NCBI GenBank assembly: GCA_016931295.1
Contig: JAFGEZ010000004.1
Coordinates: forward strand, 34,745 to 98,744
Direction: 5' to 3'
DNA from: Candidatus Krumholzibacteriota bacterium
GTDB taxonomy: Bacteria; Krumholzibacteriota; Krumholzibacteriia; Krumholzibacteriales; Krumholzibacteriaceae
DNA length: 64,000 nt
The notes below the pieces were generated by a model. It ran no database searches, was not told where the DNA came from, and saw only the letters and a program-made list of their open reading frames with translations. Positions within the stretch are counted from its first letter, which is position 1, and every line of letters begins with the position of its first letter. Below, piece by piece: positions 47,956-56,071 of this stretch. The position numbers and the translations under genes are program-made.

Positions 47956-48525
47956 TCATTCGAGCATGCGCTTGATCGCTCCCCAGCTCTTCGGCTCCAC
48001 GCCCGTCTGGTCGCACTCGACATCCGTTCCGCTCTCGGCGTTCACGTAGAGATTGGTGAAGACCGTGGCGAGGATCTCGGGAGCGCCCGCCGGACAGGGC
48101 GCCACCTGCACGACGCCCGAGGCGCCGTGCGGGACGATCTGGATCATCTTCTTGTCGGCCTCGTTCACGAAGAGCGCCTGCTGGAAGAGCCAGGTCCAGC
48201 CGTACTGGCAGGACTGGAAGCAGATGCTCATGCCCGTTCCGAGGTCGCCGAGGATGACCGAGTACTCGGGATTCGCCGTCGTCGTCGACGCGATGATCCC
48301 CGAGGCGGGATAGGAGACTGCGAACTCGGCGCAGAGCAGCGAGTCGTCGGTCGAGAGGGCCCACACCCACATCGTGACCTGGTAGAACGGCATCGCGCCG
48401 GTCGCGCACCACAGGCTGTGGCTGCCGTCGGCGTAGAGGCCGATGTAGGGCTTCGGGGGAAGCTGGGCGTTCGCCGATCCCGCGGCAAACACGAAAAGAA
48501 CGGCAACCAGTAAGAATCGTTTCAT
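47956..48525 (-). CDS. secreted hypothetical protein
   Basis: 189 aa from ATG (complement 48525). RBS AGGAGG 8 nt upstream. Signal peptide MKRFLLVAVLFVFAAGSANA. Confidence 0.45.
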   Translation of the reverse strand: MKRFLLVAVLFVFAAGSANAQLPPKPYIGLYADGSHSLWCATGAMPFYQVTMWVWALSTDDSLLCAEFAVSYPASGIIASTTTANPEYSVILGDLGTGMSICFQSCQYGWTWLFQQALFVNEADKKMIQIVPHGASGVVQVAPCPAGAPEILATVFTNLYVNAESGTDVECDQTGVEPKSWGAIKRMLE

Positions 48526-48928
48526 ACGCATTCCCTCCTGCATCGCGGGCGAAGAGCGCCCGCTCCGCCTTCATGTATGGTGTTGAGAAGAAACCGAGAT
48601 ATGCCTTCTCATCACCTCCTTCACCGCTCGTCCAAGAGGGCGTATGCCGGAGCGGCATGGCGGTCCGCCGGACCGCGCATTCGAAGGATTGCCCCGCACG
48701 GGGTCTTCGTCAACCCCCTCGAAAACAGCTTTTACCACCCGGGCGCGAGTGTCAACAGCTTTTTCAGGGGAGAATACAAGTTGCGTGCCAGCGGCGGGCA
48801 ACCTGCTCCGCGGCGAGCCGCCGCCGGCAAGGCCCTGCGGGCGAAAGCGTTCCGCGCGGCCGTCGCGTCGCGGGGCGACGGGCTCCCCCGCGCGGGGCGG
48901 CAGGTTTTCCACCCCGGCCGGCACGAGG

Positions 48929-49936
48929 CTAGACGACCGTCTTCGCCGCCCGCTCCATCAGCTCGGGGATCGGCAGCAGGTAGGGACACTTCTCCACGCA
49001 TGCCCCGCAGCCGGTGCAGTCGGCGTATCGCTTCTCGAGGCCGGCGAGCCGGGCGAGGGCCCAGTCGGTCAGCCCGTACCGGACGTAGTAGGCCTCGATG
49101 AGCAGGAGGAAGGGGATGTTGAGTTCGTTCGGACAGGGCATGCAATAGCCGCAGCGGCGGCAGAACTTCTCGCCCCACAGCGCGCGCTCGTCGGCGAGGG
49201 CGGCGAGCTCCTCCTCGTTCGGCTCCAGGAGCGGGTCGGCGGCGGCGCAGTTCTCGTCGACCTGTTCGACGGCGTCCATCCCGGGGATCGCGACGTCGAT
49301 GCCGCCGGAGAGGATGAACCGCAGCGAGGCGGCGACATTCCGCAGCGCTCCCCCGGCGACCGGCTTCATGCCGATCGTGCCGACGCGCCGGGCGGCGGCG
49401 GCGGGGAGGACGTCCTCGGACCATTCGGTCTCGATCGGGTTGAAGGGGAGCTGGACCGTGTCGAACCGGTCCGTCTCGACGGCCTCGAGGAGGACCGGAC
49501 GGGAATGGCCGGTCACGCCGATCCACCGGATCTTCCCCTCCTCGCGCGCCCGTTCGAGCGTCTCCAGGGCGCCGCCGGGCCCGAGGACCGTCTCGAGCAC
49601 CTCCAGCGAACCGACGGCGTGCAGCTGGTAGAGGTCGATCATGTCGGTGCGCAGACGGCGCAGGCTCGTCTCCAGTTCGCCGCGCATCGCCTCGGCCGTG
49701 CGCGACATCGCCTTGGTGGAGAGAAAGATCCGGTCGCGGTGCGGCGCTAGCGCGCGTCCCATCTTCTCCTCGCTGTCCGTGTAGCCGCGGGCCGTGTCGA
49801 AGAAGTTGACGCCCCGGTCGAGGGCGCGGAGCAGGACCGTCTCCGCCTCGTCCGCCGACAGCCCCTGGATGGGGATCCCGCCGAAGCCGACGACGGCGGC
49901 ATCGATGTCTGTTCGTCCCAGTCGTCTCGTCTTCAT
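48929..49936 (-). CDS. aldo/keto reductase fused to C-terminal ferredoxin-like Fe-S domain
   Basis: 335 aa. AKR N-terminal signature (GTMRFG-like GRTDIDAAVVGFG...FFDTARGY). C-terminal CRRCGYCMPCP and CTGCGACVEKCP. Confidence 0.7.
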   Translation of the reverse strand: MKTRRLGRTDIDAAVVGFGGIPIQGLSADEAETVLLRALDRGVNFFDTARGYTDSEEKMGRALAPHRDRIFLSTKAMSRTAEAMRGELETSLRRLRTDMIDLYQLHAVGSLEVLETVLGPGGALETLERAREEGKIRWIGVTGHSRPVLLEAVETDRFDTVQLPFNPIETEWSEDVLPAAAARRVGTIGMKPVAGGALRNVAASLRFILSGGIDVAIPGMDAVEQVDENCAAADPLLEPNEEELAALADERALWGEKFCRRCGYCMPCPNELNIPFLLLIEAYYVRYGLTDWALARLAGLEKRYADCTGCGACVEKCPYLLPIPELMERAAKTVV

Positions 49937-49960
49937 GTCGTCCTTCCCGGCCCGCGGGCC

Positions 49961-51076
49961 TCAGCCGGCGAGGAGCCGGTCGTAGAGTTCCTCGATCCGT
50001 TCGGTCATCAGCGCGGCCCCGAACCGCTCGCGAACCGCGGCCCGGCCGGCCCCGCCGAGCGCGGCGGCGCGGACGGGGTCGTCGAGGAGGGCGGCGATCG
50101 CCCCGGCGAGCGCCCCGGAGTCGCCCGGGGGCACGAGCATGCCCGTCCGGCCGTCCTCGATCACCTCCGGGACGCCGCCGACCGCCGTGGCGACGGCCGG
50201 CACGCCCGCGGCGAGGGCCTCGATCAGCGTCATCGGCATCCCCTCCGATCGCGAGGAGAGGACGAAGATGTCGAGTCCGCCGAGGAAGGTCGCCACGTCC
50301 GGCGTCGCCGGGATGATCGAGACGTTCTCGTTCAGGGAAAGCTCGGCGGCCCGGTCCTCGATCGCCCCGCGTTCCTCGCCCTCGCCCAGTATGGCGAGAT
50401 GGGCCGACGGGTGCGCCTCGTGCAGCGAGGCGAAGGCCTCGACAAGGAGACGGTGCTCCTTGACCGGCACGAGGCGGCCGACCGTGCCGACCACGGGGAC
50501 GCCCACGGGGAGGCGGAACCGTCTCCGGCACTCCTCGCGAGGCGGCAGGGCGCCGAAGGGCGCGAGTGCGACCCCGTTGGGGATCGTCACGAGACGCCCG
50601 GTCCGGCGGGGAAACCGGGCGGCGAAGGAGCGCCGCGCGTCCTCCGAGACGCAGACGATCCGCGCCGCACGGCCCAGGCCGACGGGAAAGAGGAGGCGGT
50701 AGGCGAGAGGCATCCCCGCCGGCGACCAGGGGTTGTGCATCGTCGCGACGACGGGGGCGCCGATCCCCGCCGCGATCGACGCCGCCGTGCCCCAGACGAG
50801 GCCGGGCGCGTTGTGCAGGTGGAGCAGCGCCGGCCGTTCGCGGCGCATCAGCGAGACGAGCGCCCGCATCGCGCCGAACTCGCCGCGGCGGCGTTTGCCG
50901 AGGATGACGACCGACGCGCCGATCGTGCGGAGGGCGTCGGCGAGGTCGCCGCCCCCGGCGAGCGCGCACACCGTGTAGTCGAAGTCGCCCCCCGAGGCGG
51001 ATGCCTGCGATTCGATGAGACGCTCGGCGCCGCCCCGGTAGAGGGAATAGATGACATGCAACACTCGCCGCTTCAC
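49961..51076 (-). CDS. GT4-family glycosyltransferase
   Basis: About 371 aa from GTG (complement 51076). GT-B fold motifs and an EX7E-like region. Confidence 0.65.
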   Translation of the reverse strand: MKRRVLHVIYSLYRGGAERLIESQASASGGDFDYTVCALAGGGDLADALRTIGASVVILGKRRRGEFGAMRALVSLMRRERPALLHLHNAPGLVWGTAASIAAGIGAPVVATMHNPWSPAGMPLAYRLLFPVGLGRAARIVCVSEDARRSFAARFPRRTGRLVTIPNGVALAPFGALPPREECRRRFRLPVGVPVVGTVGRLVPVKEHRLLVEAFASLHEAHPSAHLAILGEGEERGAIEDRAAELSLNENVSIIPATPDVATFLGGLDIFVLSSRSEGMPMTLIEALAAGVPAVATAVGGVPEVIEDGRTGMLVPPGDSGALAGAIAALLDDPVRAAALGGAGRAAVRERFGAALMTERIEELYDRLLAG

Positions 51077-51259
51077 CGCGCCTCCCCGTTTCCGCCGGCC
51101 CCGGTTGCGGGGCCGACCACCTATGAATAGCACATGGCGGCCGGCGATGCAAACGCCCCGCTTTCCGACGAAATGACTGTGCAGGCGGGCGCCGGGCGGG
51201 TACAATCAGGCGACGCGGCCGCCAGGGAGCCGCCTGCCGGAACGGGAGGAGAACGGACG

Positions 51260-52663
51260 GTGAGACGGGCGAAGATCGTCTGCACGATCGGGCCGGCCTC
51301 GAGCGACGAGAAGACGATCGGCCGTCTCGTCGAGGCGGGGATGGACGTGGCGAGGCTCAATTTCTCCCACGGCACATACGAGGAGCACCGCGCCGTTTAC
51401 GAGATCGTACGGCGCGTGGGCGACCGCGTGGCGATCATGCAGGATCTCAGCGGGCCGAAGATCCGCGTGGGCGACATCGGGCCGGAGCCTCTGCGCCTCG
51501 CGGAGGGGGACGAGGTGCGGCTCGTCGCGGGCGAGGGCGATACCGCGACGGGGCGCGTGCCGGTGAACTACCCGGATCTGTCGCGCGACGCCCGGCAGGG
51601 AAACGAGATCTTCCTGGCCGACGGGAGCATCCATCTCGTCGTGCGGGCGATCGAGCGGGGCGAGGTCCTCTGCGAGGTCGTGCACGGGGGCGTTCTCACC
51701 TCCCGCAAGGGGGTCAATCTTCCCGGCGTGCGCCTCGGTGTCGAGGCCCTCACCGAAAAGGACCGCCGCGACCTCGAGTTCGGCCTGTCGCTCGGAGTGG
51801 ATTACGTGGCCCTCTCCTTCGTCCGAGACGTCGCGGAGGTAAAGGAACTCCGGCAACTCGTCGGCCGACACGAATCGCACGCCGGCATCGTGGCGAAGAT
51901 CGAGAAGCGGGAGGCCCTCGAACGCCTCGACGGGATCATCGGGGCGTCGGATGCGCTCATGGTCGCCCGGGGGGATCTCGGCGTGGAGATCCCGCCGGAG
52001 GAGGTTCCCGTCGCCCAGAAGCGCATCATCGCCGCCTGCCTCGCCCGCGGCGTGCCCGTCATCACGGCCACGCAGATGCTCGAATCGATGATCGATCACG
52101 ACCGCCCCACGCGCGCCGAGGCGAGCGACGTCGCGAACGCCGTCCTCGACGGCACGGACGCCCTCATGCTCAGCGCCGAGACGGCGATGGGGAACCTGCC
52201 CGTCGAGTCGGTGGCGATGATGGACCGGATCGTCCGGCGGATCGAGGCCTTCGCCGCCGGGGCGGGAACGCGGCGGATCGAGAACGCCGCGTACGCGCCC
52301 GCCTCGCAGGGCGATCTCGACGGGGCCGTCTGCGCGGGGGCGGCCACGATCGCCGCGGAGACGGGCGCGTCGGCGATCGCCGTTCTCACCCACTCCGGCC
52401 GCACCGCCAGGCTCATGGCGGCACTGCGCCCCGGCGTACCCGTCGTGGCCATGACCGATTTTCTCCCCGTCGTCCGGCGGATGTCGCTCGTCTGGGGGGT
52501 CGAGGCGATCCCCGTGGGCAGCATCGAGGCCACCGAAACGGTCTTTCCCGTCGTCCGGGAAAAGATGCGCGAAGCGGGATTCGAGGGGACGATCGTCCTC
52601 ACCGCCGGGATCCCGACGCGCGAGCGGACACCGACGAACACCGTCCACGTCGTTCACATCTAG
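51260..52663 (+). CDS. pyk: pyruvate kinase
   Basis: About 467 aa from GTG 51260 (RBS GGGAGGAG). KIVCTIGPAS, MDVARLNFSHG and MVARGDLGVEIP hallmark motifs. Confidence 0.85.
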   Translation: MRRAKIVCTIGPASSDEKTIGRLVEAGMDVARLNFSHGTYEEHRAVYEIVRRVGDRVAIMQDLSGPKIRVGDIGPEPLRLAEGDEVRLVAGEGDTATGRVPVNYPDLSRDARQGNEIFLADGSIHLVVRAIERGEVLCEVVHGGVLTSRKGVNLPGVRLGVEALTEKDRRDLEFGLSLGVDYVALSFVRDVAEVKELRQLVGRHESHAGIVAKIEKREALERLDGIIGASDALMVARGDLGVEIPPEEVPVAQKRIIAACLARGVPVITATQMLESMIDHDRPTRAEASDVANAVLDGTDALMLSAETAMGNLPVESVAMMDRIVRRIEAFAAGAGTRRIENAAYAPASQGDLDGAVCAGAATIAAETGASAIAVLTHSGRTARLMAALRPGVPVVAMTDFLPVVRRMSLVWGVEAIPVGSIEATETVFPVVREKMREAGFEGTIVLTAGIPTRERTPTNTVHVVHI

Positions 52664-53281
52664 GGAAAGAATCTTTACGCTTGCAGGGAGTTTGTCAAGA
52701 TTCCTTATGGGCGGAGGTGTGGGACGACGATGCTAAGATCGCGCATCATGCGCGGTTACTGGAAAGCGTTCGGCGGCGGCCCATGCCGTAACATGCATCA
52801 TGGCAAGAGGCTGCGTGCATTTTCCACGGCTGTCCACGGGCTCGCTTGACGCATCGGGGCGCCGTCGACGCGAACGCCTCATTGGCACGATACTTGCGCT
52901 TATATGCGAAGCGCAAGAGCCATAACGAGCCCGCGGTTCCCCTCTGTATTTCCGACGCTGGGCGTTCCCCCCATCGTTAAGGGAATAGGCTCGAGAGTGG
53001 CCTGCCGAAGGTGGCCTGAGCAGCAAGATCCTTTGAACCTCCTTCGGAAAGAACGGGGCGGGTTTGCAGCGAGCCCGCCCCGGATTTTGTTTCCGGCACA
53101 CCGTTTCTCCGACAACACGATACGCCCCCGCATGTTGGCGCCGCCCCGCGCCGTGTTTCTTTGACACGGGGAGGCGAATTCATTACAGTAGGCTGGTGCC
53201 GCGGCGGCCGCCTGCCGTCGCGGGCGGCGGGCGGGTTCTCCCGCCGCGGTTTCGGGGGAAGATACAGACAGGAAGAGGGTC

Positions 53282-54493
53282 ATGAGCGAGACGAAAGCGG
53301 CCCGAACGGGCAGCGGGGAGAAGAAGGGCGACATTCTCGTCGTGCTCGAGAAGCAAACGAGCGGCGGCGTGTCGATCGAGGCGACGAGCACGGTCGAGGC
53401 GCTCTTCGGCGAGCAGATCCGCGAGCGAGCCGGGGAGACGCTGCGGGAACTCGGCATCGAGCACGCGCATCTCGTCGCCGAGGACAACGGCGCCTACGAT
53501 TACGTGATCATGGCGCGGATCGAGGCGGCGGCGAGGCGGTTGTGGGACGTGGCCGAACCGGGCTGCCCGCCCGCGCGGAAGGTGCCGGTGGCGTCGCCGG
53601 TGCGCGACCGGCTCCGCCGGACGCGCCTCTACATGCCGGGGAACGACCCGAACCTCATGTTCGGCGGAGGCCGCTACGGCGCCGACACGGTGATCCTCGA
53701 CCTCGAGGACTCCGTGGCGCCCGCCCAGAAGGACGCCGCGCGCGTTCTCGTGCGGAACACGCTCCTCTCCGTCGATTACGCCGGCGCCGAGCGGATCGTC
53801 CGCATCAATCCCCTCTCCACCGAGTACGGCGCGGCGGATATCCGGATGATCGTCCCCGCCGGCCCGGACACCATCCTGATCCCGAAGTGCGATTGCGCCG
53901 GGGACGTGGCCGCCGTCGAGGAGATCGTCGCGCGCGTCGAGGCGGAACACGGGATCGCCGAGCCGCGTCTCCTGATGCCGCTCATCGAGACGGCGCGGGG
54001 CGTGCTGAACGCCGCGGAGATCGCCGCCGCGAGCGACCGGGTCTGCGCCCTCTGCTTCGGGGCGGAGGACTTCACCGCCGATCTCGGCGTCGAGCGGACG
54101 CGGGAGGGGACGGAGAGCTTCGTCGCCCGCTCGCTCATCGTCCTCGGCGCGAAGGCGGCGGGCGTCCAGGCGATCGACACGGTCTACTCGGCCTTCAAGG
54201 ACACCGAGGGGCTCGTCGAGAGCACGCGCGAGGCGATGATGCTCGGCTTCGAGGGGAAGGGCGTCATCCATCCCTCGCAGATCGAGCCGATCCACGAGGT
54301 GTTCAGGCCGACCCCCGAGCGGATCGAGTACGCGAAATCGGTCGTCGCCGCCATCGAGGAGGCGCGCGCGAAGGGAAGCGGCGTGGCGACGATCAAGTCC
54401 AAGATGATCGACAGACCCATCGAGATGCGGGCGCGGAAGATCCTGCGTCTCGCCGGGGCCCTCGGCCTCCTCGACGAGGGGGACGCCGGCTGA
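53282..54493 (+). CDS. citrate lyase acyl-carrier (CitD)-like domain fused to citryl-CoA lyase beta subunit (CitE)
   Basis: 403 aa. N-terminal about 95 aa resemble CitD (ALFGEQIR..., NGAYDYVIMARIEAA). Remainder is HpcH/CitE family (LYMPGNDPNLM, DLEDSVAP). Confidence 0.7.
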   Translation: MSETKAARTGSGEKKGDILVVLEKQTSGGVSIEATSTVEALFGEQIRERAGETLRELGIEHAHLVAEDNGAYDYVIMARIEAAARRLWDVAEPGCPPARKVPVASPVRDRLRRTRLYMPGNDPNLMFGGGRYGADTVILDLEDSVAPAQKDAARVLVRNTLLSVDYAGAERIVRINPLSTEYGAADIRMIVPAGPDTILIPKCDCAGDVAAVEEIVARVEAEHGIAEPRLLMPLIETARGVLNAAEIAAASDRVCALCFGAEDFTADLGVERTREGTESFVARSLIVLGAKAAGVQAIDTVYSAFKDTEGLVESTREAMMLGFEGKGVIHPSQIEPIHEVFRPTPERIEYAKSVVAAIEEARAKGSGVATIKSKMIDRPIEMRARKILRLAGALGLLDEGDAG

Positions 54494-54517
54494 GCGCGGG
54501 GATTCGACGACCAAAGG

Positions 54518-56071
54518 ATGTCAGCGATGAAGATGGTCAGGAACGCGGCGGGGCGGATGATCCCCGAGGAGATCGACGGGCGCCGTCTTCGCCCCTTCGC
54601 GGGGGCGCACGCGGATCGCGGCGGCGGGCGGAAGGCCGCCCCGCCGGTGCGGGCGGTCGCCGATTACGGGAACAAGCTGCGGGCGTCCCTCGACGAGGCG
54701 ATCGAGGCGTGCAATTTGGCCGACGGCGCGACCGTCTCCTTCCACCACCACCTCAGGAACGGCGACGGCCTGGTCAACATGGTGGTCGACCGTCTCGCCG
54801 CACGCGGCCTCCGGAACCTGACCCTCGCCCCCTCGGCCCTCTTCCCCGTGCACGAGCCGCTCGTGGGCCACGTCGAGAGCGGCGTGATCTCGCATATCGA
54901 GGGGTCGATGAACGGACCGGTCGGCGAGGCCTGCTCGCTCGGGAAGATGTCCCGCTGCTGCATCCTCCGCTCGCACGGCGGCCGCTACCGCGCGATCCAG
55001 GACGGCGACATCCACGTCGACGCCGCGTTCATCGCCGCCCCGCAGGCCGACGAGCACGGCAACGTCAACGGCCTCGACGGGCCCTCGGCGTGCGGCGTGG
55101 TCTCCTACGGGCTCGCCGACTCCCTCTACGCGGAGAACGTCGTCGTCGTGACGGACAACCTCGTGCCCTTCCCCAACTACCCGTGGCCGATCATGGGGGG
55201 CAACGTCGATCACGTCTGCACGGTCGACCGGCTCGGCGACCCGGAGCAGATCATCTCGGGGACGACGCGCATCACCCGGTCGCCCACGAGGCTGATGATC
55301 GCGAAGTACGCGGCCGCCTTCGTCGACGCGATCGGCATCATGGAGGAGCCGGCCTTCTCCTTCCAGGCCGGCGCGGGCGGGATATCGCTCGCCTTCATCA
55401 AGTACCTCGCCGACATCATGCGCCGCAAGGGGCTTCGCGCCGACTTCGCCCGCGGCGGTTCCAACAAGTACATGGTCGAGATGCTCGAGGAGGGCCTCAT
55501 CGGGTGGATTCTCGACGGGCAGTGCTTCGACCTCGACGGCGTGCGGTCGCTGCGTGAGAACCCGCGCCACGTCGAGACCAGCCCCTTCACCTCCTACTGC
55601 TACCACACGAAGGGCTGCTTCGCGACGCGCGTGAAGGCGGCGGTCCTCGGGGCCACCGAGATCGACGTCGATTTCAACGTCAACGTCAACACCCATTCCG
55701 ACGGGTGGCTGCTGCACGGCATCGGCGGCTTCCAGGACGTCTGCGACGCCGGCATCACGATCGTCACCGCGCCGGTCGTACGCGGCCGCGTGCCGACGAT
55801 CGTCGACGAGGTCGTCTCGATCACGACGCCCGGCGAGACGATCGACGTGGTCGTCACCGAGTACGGGATCGCGGTGAACCCGGCCCGGGGGGACATCCTC
55901 GACCGCCTGAAGGGGAGCGCGCTGCCGCTCAAAACGATCGGCGAGCTGCACGAGATAGCGATCGGTATCACGGGGAAGCCGCGGAAGCCGACCTTCGGCG
56001 ACCGGGTCGTCTGCCTCGTCGAGTATCGCGACGGCACCGTGATCGACGCCGTCCGCCAGCTCGTTCCCTAG
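54518..56071 (+). CDS. citF: citrate lyase alpha subunit (citrate CoA-transferase)
   Basis: 517 aa. CitF family-wide similarity. 24 nt downstream of citDE. Confidence 0.8.
   Translation: MSAMKMVRNAAGRMIPEEIDGRRLRPFAGAHADRGGGRKAAPPVRAVADYGNKLRASLDEAIEACNLADGATVSFHHHLRNGDGLVNMVVDRLAARGLRNLTLAPSALFPVHEPLVGHVESGVISHIEGSMNGPVGEACSLGKMSRCCILRSHGGRYRAIQDGDIHVDAAFIAAPQADEHGNVNGLDGPSACGVVSYGLADSLYAENVVVVTDNLVPFPNYPWPIMGGNVDHVCTVDRLGDPEQIISGTTRITRSPTRLMIAKYAAAFVDAIGIMEEPAFSFQAGAGGISLAFIKYLADIMRRKGLRADFARGGSNKYMVEMLEEGLIGWILDGQCFDLDGVRSLRENPRHVETSPFTSYCYHTKGCFATRVKAAVLGATEIDVDFNVNVNTHSDGWLLHGIGGFQDVCDAGITIVTAPVVRGRVPTIVDEVVSITTPGETIDVVVTEYGIAVNPARGDILDRLKGSALPLKTIGELHEIAIGITGKPRKPTFGDRVVCLVEYRDGTVIDAVRQLVP

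Noticed and set aside
52733-53167. 144-aa minus-strand ORF in the cit leader region
   Set aside because: No RBS, odd composition, and it overlaps the hairpin/U-tract element. More likely non-coding, so it is treated as part of a regulatory/sRNA region.
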